From positions 33-64,032 of IMG/VR virus record IMGVR_UViG_3300044616_000676: a stretch of 64,000 nucleotides of DNA. One strand, 5' to 3'. This document shows positions 29,649 through 38,853 of the stretch, piece after piece. The DNA is from a virus. Its lineage: Duplodnaviria > Caudoviricetes. Position numbers and translations under genes: made by a program. Within the stretch, counting starts at the first letter, position 1. Each line of letters starts with the position of its first letter. Below the pieces are notes generated by a model. That model was not told where the DNA came from. It was given only the letters and a program-made list of their open reading frames with translations, and did not search any database.

Positions 29649-30503
29649 TTATTCCAAGGTATATGGCATTCCCAGACGTTCCAAAGCCATGCACAATCCT
29701 TGTTTTAACTCTTCTGGAGTAATGACTGAAGCCCAATGCTTTGTCATTTCGACCAATCGAGGGTGCATTAGATCGCCGTAAATCTCCAGAAAGCCTATGT
29801 AGTAATTGGCTACTTTCTCAGTGGTGAGAAGTGGAAAAGTTCTTTGGGGCCAGTTAAACCTATGATTCCAGCCCATTTTAGGGTGGCAAACAACCAACCC
29901 GCCGTTTTGCCGAACCTTTTCAGCCATATACCATTCTTCTCCGCCGAATCCTTTAAAGTGAGGATTTATGGCAAGTGCATTGGCTCGAATGAATGAGAAA
30001 CAGCCCATACCTTGTGCCGGAACCTCAAACGGTTCGCCTGATTTCATTCCGTTCTTGTTGTCACCCCAGATGCCAAAATCATGCCCTCGCCATACAGGAT
30101 TGATCTGCTCGCTTGTGGCCCTCAAGTTGTCATACAAAAGCGGACCTGTAAGCATGTTCTTGGAGCTAAAATTGCGTGACCAGTATTCCATCATGGCGGC
30201 AATAAAGCCCGTTTGAAGCAGCACATGGCAATCTAGGCCAAGAATAATGTCGCCCTTTGCCAGCTTGAAAACGTCATACTTCACAAAGCTACTCTTGCGG
30301 TCAGTGACATCCACCACGCGCATTCCCGGCACATCCTTGGCGAAATGCTTCAACTGCTTGCCGTGTGCGCTGTTAGGGTTATTGTCTAAGACAAGGAACT
30401 CAGTGTTATCAGGCAAATCTTGATGCATTCGGATTGACTGAATGGAAAAGAAAACGCCATCATAATCGTCATACGTTGCCATTGATACTGTCAGCGGCGT
30501 CAT
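29649..30503 (-). CDS. GT2-family glycosyltransferase
   Basis: MATYDDY, VLDNNP, AKGD....LDCHV, GMGCF, FKGFGGEE, W.HRF. Confidence 0.85.
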   Translation of the reverse strand: MTPLTVSMATYDDYDGVFFSIQSIRMHQDLPDNTEFLVLDNNPNSAHGKQLKHFAKDVPGMRVVDVTDRKSSFVKYDVFKLAKGDIILGLDCHVLLQTGFIAAMMEYWSRNFSSKNMLTGPLLYDNLRATSEQINPVWRGHDFGIWGDNKNGMKSGEPFEVPAQGMGCFSFIRANALAINPHFKGFGGEEWYMAEKVRQNGGLVVCHPKMGWNHRFNWPQRTFPLLTTEKVANYYIGFLEIYGDLMHPRLVEMTKHWASVITPEELKQGLCMALERLGMPYTLE

Positions 30504-31168
30504 GGTAAAGATTGAGGGAAATTGTTAAAACCGTGAGTTACTCCAGATGCGTTAAACAACTGGATTCCAAGTCTTTGAGAGTAATGGAGAGCGCGATCAA
30601 AAAGCGATCTTAATTCTTGTTCTCCTAATCTCAACGGGTCTGGAGTTCCATGTCCGTAAATAGCATCAACCACGCACCCTTCAAAAAAAGAATCAACCCA
30701 TTGATTCACCGAGTTCATTTTCTGATTGTTGAATTTGTTATGTGGTGCTGGACATTGATTTTCAAGCCATTTACGAACTTTTTCAGGTGTGTAATCATGG
30801 TCAAAACCAAGTGTGTAAATTCGTTTTGGTTTTATCTTGTCAAACAACCAGTAAAGACCTTGAAAAAAGATAGTATATCCTGCTCTATGTTGAGGGTAAG
30901 GATGCACTTCTCCCAAAGTGGCAAATATTGTTTTTGCTGAATCTGCAAAATAAGGGTAATCAATTTTTGTGTGCGGCAAATCACAAGGAGGGAAATTCTC
31001 AGGAGGAAAATCGCCGGGGTAAATCCAATAATCTAAACCTTGAGGAACAAAAACTCGCCAAGCATTATTTACCGCACATACAAGATCAACTTTGCTTCTT
31101 AAATCGTTTGCTTTTTTTGCTGATAGACCGCTTCCAACATATAAGACGCTTTCAATTTGATTTGTCAT
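30500..31168 (-). CDS. Maf/DUF115- or sialyltransferase-like (GT29/GT42-type fold) protein
   Basis: YVGSGLSA, CAVNNAW, DYW...D, ...LYW...KRIYTLGFD, LFNAS pattern. Confidence 0.6.
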   Translation of the reverse strand: MTNQIESVLYVGSGLSAKKANDLRSKVDLVCAVNNAWRVFVPQGLDYWIYPGDFPPENFPPCDLPHTKIDYPYFADSAKTIFATLGEVHPYPQHRAGYTIFFQGLYWLFDKIKPKRIYTLGFDHDYTPEKVRKWLENQCPAPHNKFNNQKMNSVNQWVDSFFEGCVVDAIYGHGTPDPLRLGEQELRSLFDRALHYSQRLGIQLFNASGVTHGFNNFPQSLP

Positions 31169-31743
31169 AGTTTCATATAAATTGCCAACTGGATATTAAA
31201 CTCCATCCACCATTCGGGGTGATATGGTTTAATGATACCATCGTCGCACAATTTAATAGCGTCAATATGATGACGAAATTCTGTTCCAAGATCATGCGCT
31301 GAAATAATAGAATCCTTGGGTAACAGTGGAGCGAATTGTTTTAACTCTCTGCTTTTGCAACCGCCATCGCAATATACCCATGTTGGTTTTTGGTCTATTT
31401 TGTTTAAAATAGCTTCTTGTGTTGACAGCAAATTCTCATCCGCTTGTAGAAACTCAACACCAAGTCGGTTCAAAACATGGCTGTGATGACGATTTACATG
31501 GTCAACTGTAACTACTGGAATGTTGCGATGGATGCCCCAAAGTCCAAAAATAGTAGTTACACATCCAGAACCCGTTCCAATTTCCACAATGGATTGAATT
31601 TGTGGATTCGCCAGCATCACTCGATCAATGACCGAGTATAGCCAGAAATTATGCTGCATGTAATTCCCTAAAAGAGTTGTGTGCCAAGGTATTGCTTTTT
31701 CACTTTTTTCATTATAGGGCCGAGCGTCTGGAACGAATGTCAT
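31165..31743 (-). CDS. class I SAM-dependent methyltransferase (Methyltransf_24/CmcI-like, probably a sugar O-methyltransferase)
   Basis: IVEIGTGSG motif I, VTVD, YCDGG, AHD. Confidence 0.78.
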   Translation of the reverse strand: MTFVPDARPYNEKSEKAIPWHTTLLGNYMQHNFWLYSVIDRVMLANPQIQSIVEIGTGSGCVTTIFGLWGIHRNIPVVTVDHVNRHHSHVLNRLGVEFLQADENLLSTQEAILNKIDQKPTWVYCDGGCKSRELKQFAPLLPKDSIISAHDLGTEFRHHIDAIKLCDDGIIKPYHPEWWMEFNIQLAIYMKL

Positions 31744-31744
31744 A

Positions 31745-32413
31745 TTATGGTGGCGCGGTAGTCGTGGTCGTTGTTGGCGGAGGCGTAACAGTGGTCGTGG
31801 TCGTGCTACTTGTTGTAGTAGTCGTAGTAGTCGGGCAAGTTGAAATGGCCGCTACTCCATTTGTGTAAAGATAAGTGGTAAATCCATAGATGAAATAACC
31901 ACTGAATGAACTTGTTAGACGATCATCTGTGAAAGCAGGATCAGAACTATTAAACGTAGAATTGGCTGTGTAAATAGTTACAGAGTTGCCATTGCAATCC
32001 ACCCCAGTATAAGCATACCCCGGAGGTGGCGTTGTTGTGGTGGTGGAGCTTGTGGTCGTGCTAGAAGTCGTCGTAGAACTTGTGCTCGTAGTAGTAGTTG
32101 AGCTTGTAGTAGTAGTTGAGCTTGTAGTCGTGCTAGAAGTTGAAGTTGTTGGCGGGGGCGTTGTGGTCGTTGTTGGAGGTGTTGGACCAATATAAGTAAC
32201 TACGCCACCAACAATTGTAAGATATGTCCCAACTTGGATTGGAACAGGTTGCACAGGGCTAGGCAAACTTCCAGTAAGGCTAGTTCCAGTCACTCTGGGC
32301 GAATCTAACTGCGAAATCACAACGCCATTCGTAGATTGAAACGTGGTAATAGAATCATTTCCCCACACCCAAGGGCGGTTTGTGATCTGAGAATTGCCTG
32401 TGTATTCGCTCAT
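31745..32413 (-). CDS. mucin-like Thr/Ser/Pro-rich protein (probably virion-associated)
   Basis: Two TTTSS/TTTTPPP tracts flank a small Cys-bounded domain; coupled to the upstream tail gene. Confidence 0.8.
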   Translation of the reverse strand: MSEYTGNSQITNRPWVWGNDSITTFQSTNGVVISQLDSPRVTGTSLTGSLPSPVQPVPIQVGTYLTIVGGVVTYIGPTPPTTTTTPPPTTSTSSTTTSSTTTTSSTTTTSTSSTTTSSTTTSSTTTTTPPPGYAYTGVDCNGNSVTIYTANSTFNSSDPAFTDDRLTSSFSGYFIYGFTTYLYTNGVAAISTCPTTTTTTTSSTTTTTVTPPPTTTTTTAPP

Positions 32414-33204
32414 TGAATGACGCGCTTTGGTGAAACTGGCGGGAATATCGTAGCCTTACGCCGATAATACTGACCATTCACCAAGTCCACATCGTCTTCA
32501 ATGACAAACGGTGCCCAATCAAGGAAATTGGTAGCAGGGAAGATTTGCTTGTTGGGATTCCACCCACCCGTTTCGTCCACCGTGCCTTGTCCATACACTT
32601 TTTGAGCACCCGGAATGTTGTTTTCAAAAATCACCTTGGGATGAAGGCATCGAGGGAAGTTAATTTCTTTCCCAAGAAAGTCACCATTGATGTCAGTCGG
32701 AATGGGCTGAACATGAGTTATCTCATTTTGCGAATAAGGCACATCGCTCAGGTATTCCTCAATCTTTACCACCGAGGATACGTTTGGCGTTGGCTTATAG
32801 ACATACTTGGCGAAGTAGCGGGGAGCAGTTTCAGTGGTTGTCCCATTGAAAACAGCCTGCGGGAACACTGTGGTTTGGTAAATGTCTAACGAATAAAGCA
32901 CTCCCGGCCAAGGATACTGACGAGTGGCAAACGATGTGCGGAAAGGTGTCTGACGTTGAGCTGGAGTCTTAGATTTGGCGTAGTAAAACCAAATGTCATC
33001 CCCCTCTTTGGATGAGTCGCAATAACGATAGTTGGCAAAATCTTGCCGCCGTGGAAGGGTTGCAATGGTCGCTTGCTTGTAAAGCTCACCAAGAGTCGGA
33101 GTCGCATCCAGCTTTAACTGGTTCGCGTCTTGCCAAACCCGAACGGAAAACTCGTCAGGATTAGGTGTCGGGATGACTTCTAACTTGATTTCAGGCGAGG
33201 CCAT
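32410..33204 (-). CDS. putative tail/structural protein
   Basis: Beta/Pro-rich ORF in the structural operon. Confidence 0.55.
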   Translation of the reverse strand: MASPEIKLEVIPTPNPDEFSVRVWQDANQLKLDATPTLGELYKQATIATLPRRQDFANYRYCDSSKEGDDIWFYYAKSKTPAQRQTPFRTSFATRQYPWPGVLYSLDIYQTTVFPQAVFNGTTTETAPRYFAKYVYKPTPNVSSVVKIEEYLSDVPYSQNEITHVQPIPTDINGDFLGKEINFPRCLHPKVIFENNIPGAQKVYGQGTVDETGGWNPNKQIFPATNFLDWAPFVIEDDVDLVNGQYYRRKATIFPPVSPKRVIQ

Positions 33205-33944
33205 TAGGAAATGTTAGGCGGACTGGTAGCGATAATATCGCCTTCTTGATATTCAGCAGGAAGGTAACGAGGCGTTGCGCTGGCTCCACGGTCAAACAGC
33301 CAAAATGTCTTGTTAAGTAGCGTCTGACGAAGGGGGAAGTGGTTGATTTCGTCGGAAACGCTCATATTGAATGAGTCAGCGGCAAGAGTATATGGATAAG
33401 GACTTGTCAAAGTTGCGACTGGTGGATTAGCAACTGGTATAATAGTTTTCACACCATTAGCTAATGCAGCAGATGGAGATGGTATAATTTGAGGCGCTGA
33501 CCAAACTGATCCCGGACCACTTGTGGGAACTTCGGTAACATCAGTTCCAATACCCGTGCTGGCTGTGAAAATGTCTCTAAACTCAGACGACCAAACGCGC
33601 ATTTGTTCATTCGACACAATCACCGATCCAGCCGTGATGTTGGTGGTAAAGTCAATCGCAGACCCGCCCTCGGTCAAAGATAGCTGGCAAGTCGCTCCAC
33701 TAGCTGCAATGACATAATAAGCCGTATTCGCAGTAAGCCCACTACCCCCTACAATATTCGTAAAAGTAACCTGCATCCCGTTCGCCAAAGTTGCGCCTGT
33801 AATGGTTACTACGTTCGTCGTGGCATTCCCCGTTACGGAAGCATAAGCTGTCTGGGAGCCAGAAAGGAAAACGTCAATAACGCCCTCCTGCTTGGCAAAG
33901 GTCAAATTGTTGGACCTAATAAGGTAAAGTGTAGTTCCGGCCAT
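33204..33944 (-). CDS. putative tail/structural protein with a beta-rich appendage domain
   Basis: L.NG..V.F....G...NT.YYV......QLS.T.GG motif shared with 43109..46111; ATG at 33944. Confidence 0.65.
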   Translation of the reverse strand: MAGTTLYLIRSNNLTFAKQEGVIDVFLSGSQTAYASVTGNATTNVVTITGATLANGMQVTFTNIVGGSGLTANTAYYVIAASGATCQLSLTEGGSAIDFTTNITAGSVIVSNEQMRVWSSEFRDIFTASTGIGTDVTEVPTSGPGSVWSAPQIIPSPSAALANGVKTIIPVANPPVATLTSPYPYTLAADSFNMSVSDEINHFPLRQTLLNKTFWLFDRGASATPRYLPAEYQEGDIIATSPPNIS

Positions 33945-33963
33945 GATTTTGCATTTTAACCGC

Positions 33964-34090
33964 TTGACAGGGGAAGGCAAGTGGGATTACTGTGCCGTCG
34001 AATTCAAATTGGTTTGCGCTGTGGAGCGGCGTAATCCGCCCACTGCAAACCGCACTGAGGCCGACGTTGCTCCACGACGTCGGCTTCTTT
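33964..34090 (+). promoter_or_regulatory. promoter plus attenuator-like leader with alternative pairings
   Basis: TTGACA 33964 and TACTGT 33988; hairpin GGTTTGC...GCAAACC; terminator-like GCCGACGT-loop-ACGTCGGC-TTCTTT, in which ACGTTGCTCCAC can pair with upstream GTGGAGCGGCGT. Confidence 0.55.
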
Positions 34091-34420
34091 GCGTTCACAC
34101 ACGACGCCTCAGTGTGAAATATGGAAGAACGTAACCGATTAAATTTGGCCAAGCCTTCCAGAACCGTATGGCCTTCAAACCCGGCTACCGGAGGAGTGAT
34201 GAATTGCCCGCCTCTGGACACGTTTTTAACGTGAAATTCTGCGCGAGCGTTGAGTGTAGGTGATCCCTCTGGACTGAGGGAAGATTGGGAATCTAGCCCA
34301 CCTTTGACCACTCGACAATGTCTGGCCTTCTCAATCTCCCAATTGAAAGTATCCAACATAGCTCTCTCCTGAAAAGGGGCGAGCTATGCCCAGCGCAAAC
34401 TCACAACCCATTGAAAGCAG

Positions 34421-35080
34421 ATGAGTCAAACACCACGCTACAAACAAGAAATCGAAGCCTCTGGCCTTAGCCAGAAAGAGTGGTATGCGAAGGTTTACCT
34501 GAAGTCGGATCACTGGAAGGCGCTGAAGAAAGCCAAGGCGAAGGAGGTTGGCCGGAAGTGCGAGATTTGCGGAGTGACTAAAAGGCTGGAGTTTCACCAC
34601 GACAACTACCGTGATATTTACGATGTGACGACGGCTGACTTGAGGATTCTGTGCAAGACACACCATCACGAATTTCACTTCGGACCCAAAAAGAAAAAGG
34701 CTGTAAAGTTTGACATCAGCACCCTCAATTTGAGTTCATCAAATCTGGAAAACGATGTCTTGGCATTGATTTCAAATCTCAAGAAATCACCTCGCAACCA
34801 AAGGCTCAACATCATCATCAAGGAAATGCGGAAAAGGAAGATGGGCGAGTCGGCCATCAATCCTATCATCGCCCTGAAATCTGGCAAAAAGGCGAGAAGG
34901 ATGCGACTATCAATGAACGGCGGAAAATGGAGAACCGAAGACTTCGACCATTATTGGTATAAATTTAGAAATGGCAGGCAAATCACCCGCCAAATGTGCG
35001 AAGAGTTTCAAACTATCTTCAAGTCGAACCTCCGAGCAAGGCATGTTAGAAGGCTTAAATACATGGCTGAAAATTCGTAG
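34421..35080 (+). CDS. HNH endonuclease with basic C-terminal extension
   Basis: YLKS.HW...CEICG...L.FHHDNY...DL.ILC..HH. Confidence 0.78.
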   Translation: MSQTPRYKQEIEASGLSQKEWYAKVYLKSDHWKALKKAKAKEVGRKCEICGVTKRLEFHHDNYRDIYDVTTADLRILCKTHHHEFHFGPKKKKAVKFDISTLNLSSSNLENDVLALISNLKKSPRNQRLNIIIKEMRKRKMGESAINPIIALKSGKKARRMRLSMNGGKWRTEDFDHYWYKFRNGRQITRQMCEEFQTIFKSNLRARHVRRLKYMAENS

Positions 35081-35132
35081 CTATTTTAAAAATCCTATGC
35101 GACACTTGCCACAAGAAAACCCACAAACTGAT

Positions 35133-35381
35133 ATGAACACAAAAACATACCCACCAGACACCGAATGGATCGCATTCCTTTACGACATTCGGGAAGGTTC
35201 GCCAAGAATCATGTCAAACAGGCAGCAGCACGTCACTGGGGCAACCAGAGCAGATGCCATTCAGAACGCCCTCAAACTTAAGGTCAAGTCACCATACATG
35301 GAAACAGGTGTTGCTGGTGTGTCGCTCATTCCAGCCAAAGAGTATTATGAATTGAACTCAGGAAGAAGTTGGAAGAACTGA
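35133..35381 (+). CDS. hypothetical protein
   Basis: ATG 35133 within the AACTGATATGA motif. Confidence 0.55.
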   Translation: MNTKTYPPDTEWIAFLYDIREGSPRIMSNRQQHVTGATRADAIQNALKLKVKSPYMETGVAGVSLIPAKEYYELNSGRSWKN

Positions 35382-35472
35382 TATGACGCTCGCCTCTCAA
35401 TACCGCAAATTCGTAGCCGCAGGAAAGAAGTAATTGCCACCCGCCAAAACCACGCAATGTTAGCTAACTGAT

Positions 35473-35643
35473 ATGACCAACGAAATCACCGAACTAAAGC
35501 GCAAACTAGCCGAGCAAGACGAGATCATCCGAGAACTCAACGAGCGAGCTTCCAGCCATCTCATTACAATGCTGAACACCGTCCAGAAGTTGAAACTGGA
35601 AAACGATATGATTAACGCCAAACTGCGTCAGAAAAACCAATGA
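35473..35643 (+). CDS. small coiled-coil protein (56 aa)
   Basis: MTNEITELKRKLAEQD...; stop overlaps the next ATG. Confidence 0.55.
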   Translation: MTNEITELKRKLAEQDEIIRELNERASSHLITMLNTVQKLKLENDMINAKLRQKNQ

Positions 35644-35900
35644 ATTTATACAGAAGAACCCAACAGCTCCAAGGGGCAGAACGGGCAATGCAAAAGGCTG
35701 AGAAAGCCATGCGAGAAACCTGCAAGATAATCGGCAAAGAGCTGCGCCAGATGCGGGAAGATCGTCATATCAAGCAGATTACGCTGGCAAAACAGTTGGG
35801 CATAAGCCCCTCCCATCTGTTTGAGATTGAAGATGGCTCTGTGATGCTGGATGAAAAAAGGTTGAAGCAGATTTATTGGCAGATCAAAGGTGCTACATGA
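35640..35900 (+). CDS. XRE-family HTH protein
   Basis: IG.ELRQMRE...KQ..LA.QLGISPSHL.EIE.G. Confidence 0.8.
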   Translation: MNLYRRTQQLQGAERAMQKAEKAMRETCKIIGKELRQMREDRHIKQITLAKQLGISPSHLFEIEDGSVMLDEKRLKQIYWQIKGAT

Positions 35901-36109
35901 ACCTTTGCCCAAGATGCTATGCCAATGGACGATCTTTGTGGCCTACTTCATGTCTATGCGTAGATGGCGGTGCCCTCAAGCCTTCCGAGTTTCACGCATG
36001 GAACGCCACCCGTAGAATGCCCTACAATCTTCCAAAGCAGGAAATCACCTTGATAAAGCCAGTTGCAAAACAACTTGAATGGGTGTTTGGTCAAACCATC
36101 AAAAAATGA
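35897..36109 (+). CDS. small CxxC protein
   Basis: MNLCPRC...C.C; ATGA coupling. Confidence 0.5.
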   Translation: MNLCPRCYANGRSLWPTSCLCVDGGALKPSEFHAWNATRRMPYNLPKQEITLIKPVAKQLEWVFGQTIKK

Positions 36110-36336
36110 CAGAAGAAACCGATATTGAGTCTATTGAGGATGCCATCATCAACATCCACGAAACCTGCCTGAATCCAGAAATTGCTGCTCCGTTGATCCG
36201 CAAAAATCTGGCGCAAAACCTTGTCAACGAATACAGATTTCGGTTTTTCAAGAAAGACGGCAAAGCAGTTTGCGAATGCCAAGTCAATACTTCACCAAGG
36301 CCCAAGTATCTTGGTAGGTTTAAAGGACTGAATTAG
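36106..36336 (+). CDS. hypothetical protein
   Basis: ATGA coupling. Confidence 0.5.
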   Translation: MTEETDIESIEDAIINIHETCLNPEIAAPLIRKNLAQNLVNEYRFRFFKKDGKAVCECQVNTSPRPKYLGRFKGLN

Positions 36337-36535
36337 TGGTAAATAGCTGGCTCCAATTTGCCAGCATGGGGCTAAGACGCTCACCTGAATCTTGATGCAA
36401 GCGGCATTTGCAGTTGTTTTCTAGTGAGCATTCAATCCAGACAACTCCCGGTTCGCAATGCAGTTTGGGATGCTGCTTGTGGCGGCAAACAGCCCTTTCC
36501 TCGAACGTGTTCTTGATGCGCTCGTAGTCGGTCAT
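36320..36535 (-). CDS. small Cys-rich hypothetical protein
   Basis: ATG 36535 overlaps the endolysin stop. Confidence 0.5.
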   Translation of the reverse strand: MTDYERIKNTFEERAVCRHKQHPKLHCEPGVVWIECSLENNCKCRLHQDSGERLSPMLANWSQLFTTNSVL

Positions 36536-37095
36536 CGAGTGGCTTGAAAATGTTGAGCATCCCTTTGCCAGAAAGCACCAGCAGGCATCCAGCCTTCTTT
36601 GGCAAACTCTTCCATGACTTCGAGGGGCATTGTAGCCCGTGTAGGCCAAGGCGTGTGATTGCCATTGCTTTCAGGGTCAAGATCAACCGCTGCTGCCCTT
36701 GCGTGTAAGCTAGGCAGTGAGCCTCCACGCATAAGGCGATTGTTGTAGCAACCAGCATACTTTTCCAAAACTTTGCGATGCGGTCCCTTGCTAAGAGCTG
36801 TCAGAATGCGCTTGAGGCTTTCGGCTACCTTAGCATGGCAGCGGATGATTCGGACAGGTTTGTTATCATACTGAATGCCAAGAGAAGCCACATTGATTGC
36901 AGTCAACTTAGATTCATCTCCTGCGGGTCCGTAAAACTTGGTCAACGCAGCTTGATTTGTTTCCGGCCAAGGATTCGGATTAGGCATCAATTTACGCAAG
37001 TATTCTTGACAGGCGGCAATGCTTTTGGGACCCCAAAAACCATCTGGAGTGGTGCCAATCTTGACCTGCATATCTTGGATTTCTTTTTGTGTCAT
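36532..37095 (-). CDS. endolysin: M15-family peptidase with N-terminal peptidoglycan-binding motif
   Basis: Q..IG.TPDG.WGP.S; YNNR.MRGG..PSLHA.AAAVD; DAQHFQ. Confidence 0.88.
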   Translation of the reverse strand: MTQKEIQDMQVKIGTTPDGFWGPKSIAACQEYLRKLMPNPNPWPETNQAALTKFYGPAGDESKLTAINVASLGIQYDNKPVRIIRCHAKVAESLKRILTALSKGPHRKVLEKYAGCYNNRLMRGGSLPSLHARAAAVDLDPESNGNHTPWPTRATMPLEVMEEFAKEGWMPAGAFWQRDAQHFQATR

Positions 37096-37194
37096 TTATT
37101 TGGATGTGTAGATGATGATGATGCCCCAAACAAATAGGGCAATTGCGGTAAAGGTTAAACCGAAAAGCTGGGCGAATGAAAATTCTTGGATCAT
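37096..37194 (-). CDS. 32-aa single-TM peptide (MIQEFSFAQLFGLTFTAIALFVWGIIIIYTSK)
   Basis: ATGA-coupled upstream; TAA abuts the endolysin ATG. Confidence 0.6.
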   Translation of the reverse strand: MIQEFSFAQLFGLTFTAIALFVWGIIIIYTSK

Positions 37195-37448
37195 GGGAGG
37201 CTGTCTGGTTCAATCATCCGAGCGTTGTTTTTGTGAAGGAACTTTGCCAGATCGGTGCTGAGTTTGTCCACAACATCTTCTGGCAAAGCCCACTCCCATT
37301 CATGCAGAAACTCATGGATGAGGATACGCAGGTGCGGTTGACCTTTGAGCCTAGCATCAATCTCAATCTCACCGTTGCCGTGGGCTAGGCCAAGAGCGCG
37401 GTATCGCCCTAGCTTTCGCCTAGTTACGGTGATGGAGGTCGCTTTCAC
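37191..37448 (-). CDS. small HExxH zincin-like protein
   Basis: ALGLA...I.ID.RL......ILIHEFLH...E..V. Confidence 0.7.
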   Translation of the reverse strand: MKATSITVTRRKLGRYRALGLAHGNGEIEIDARLKGQPHLRILIHEFLHEWEWALPEDVVDKLSTDLAKFLHKNNARMIEPDSLP

Positions 37449-37831
37449 AGCTTGGCTCGGACTTGCTTGACCAATGCGGTATTGGCCCCGCGCACGTTCT
37501 TAACAATTTGATGATTCGTGTAGCGAGGATGACGCTTGATGGCGTTTTTGATCCTGCTCTCAAGATCGTTGGTTTGAGACTTTGCCAATGGGCCATCGGA
37601 TTCTTGCTTCTGGCGGTAACACTTGACTCGAATCGTCATGCGCCTTTTGACATCCCAAACAGGAAACTCTTGGGTTTCAAAGACGCCTGATGCAAGTCCG
37701 CCACGAAGAAGATCATGGACACGCTCTGGAGCGCATTGCAGCTCGACGGCTATTTTCTCTTTGGTGTCCCATCCAGCAGGGACGCGATATTTCTCAATGT
37801 TGATCTTATCAATGGCTTTTTGCCAGTTCAT
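37445..37831 (-). CDS. hypothetical protein (possible wHTH)
   Basis: VP.GW.T....A..L motif; coupled ORF. Confidence 0.6.
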   Translation of the reverse strand: MNWQKAIDKINIEKYRVPAGWDTKEKIAVELQCAPERVHDLLRGGLASGVFETQEFPVWDVKRRMTIRVKCYRQKQESDGPLAKSQTNDLESRIKNAIKRHPRYTNHQIVKNVRGANTALVKQVRAKL

Positions 37832-37851
37832 AGGTTTGTTTTGGCGGGTTA

Positions 37852-38847
37852 TCAGACGAAAATGGGGAACGTGACCGTCCTTCCATATCGTTTGTCAAAG
37901 ATGAAGCCAGTCTGTGAAGGTGGCTCGTAGGGTGCTTTAATGGCAATGGAGTAAGCATTGTATCCAATCAAACTGCCGTTGCACACCCACTTGGGGTTTT
38001 GCTGCGACTGATGCCAATGCCCGAAGATGTCAAGATCTGCCGGAACGCCTTTGTTCCACGCAGCAATAGCCTTTTCGACTGGAATGGTCAGACCACCAAC
38101 GCCACCTTGGTATTGCAACCCGTCTCCGTGGTGGATGCGAAGTGTTTTGCCGTAAAGGTCGAGAAGCAGATGGTAGCCGTCAGACACATGCCAAGAGGCT
38201 TTGTCCTTCAGATGCTTCGCCATTGTCTTGTAGAGCATCCACTCGTATGAATTGGCGGCACCCGTGGCATGTCGTGGCTTGCGCGTGTTGCGTCCATGAT
38301 TTCCATACACACAGGGTATTGAAATTTCCCCAAAGTGCTTGGATAGCAGCTCAACTCCGCTGGCAATCTGGTCTTGCAGCCACAGAACCGTCTGTGTTGG
38401 CGATAGAGCGTTGTTCTCCATCAATTCCTCATGGATGTAGCCCGTCATCAAGTCGCCCCCTAAAACAAGCACTAAACGCTCAATTTTGGCTCCATGCCGT
38501 TGAATCTCAGCCATGCGGACAATGGACTGCCAAAAACGGTTAATTCGCTGCTCGGCAATGTCGAGGTTGAACTCGTTGAGGCCGTTGATCGTCTTGCCCT
38601 CAACCGTTTCTTCCACATGCCAGTCAGAGGCTACGGCAACAAAGGTGGCCTCGGCATCGGTTTCCTTGGCAGCTTTGATTTTGGACGCCACTGGCGTTTC
38701 GCCGGAAATGCCAAGGGCAATGTTGAGTTGCTGATCCTTTTCGGCAATGACGGCAAGGAGCTTCTTGCGCTCTAATTCATGGTCCGCCACCGTTTTTTTG
38801 TGGCGAATCTCTTGAGTTTCGTGGATAGCGGCAGACCAGTTTTTCAT
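37852..38847 (-). CDS. calcineurin-like metallophosphoesterase
   Basis: SDWH, GGD, GNHGR, HGD, GHWH, NGSL. Confidence 0.88.
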   Translation of the reverse strand: MKNWSAAIHETQEIRHKKTVADHELERKKLLAVIAEKDQQLNIALGISGETPVASKIKAAKETDAEATFVAVASDWHVEETVEGKTINGLNEFNLDIAEQRINRFWQSIVRMAEIQRHGAKIERLVLVLGGDLMTGYIHEELMENNALSPTQTVLWLQDQIASGVELLSKHFGEISIPCVYGNHGRNTRKPRHATGAANSYEWMLYKTMAKHLKDKASWHVSDGYHLLLDLYGKTLRIHHGDGLQYQGGVGGLTIPVEKAIAAWNKGVPADLDIFGHWHQSQQNPKWVCNGSLIGYNAYSIAIKAPYEPPSQTGFIFDKRYGRTVTFPIFV

Positions 38848-38853
38848 AGGATT

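Noticed and set aside
31745-32180. Short tandem repeats as a possible CRISPR array or DGR variable region
   Set aside because: They are Thr/Ser codon repeats inside a CDS; there are no constant repeats with unique spacers, no reverse transcriptase and no TR/VR pair.
34421-35080. IscB/Cas9-like RNA-guided nuclease
   Set aside because: No RuvC motifs or PLMP N-terminus; only a short HNH domain and a basic tail.
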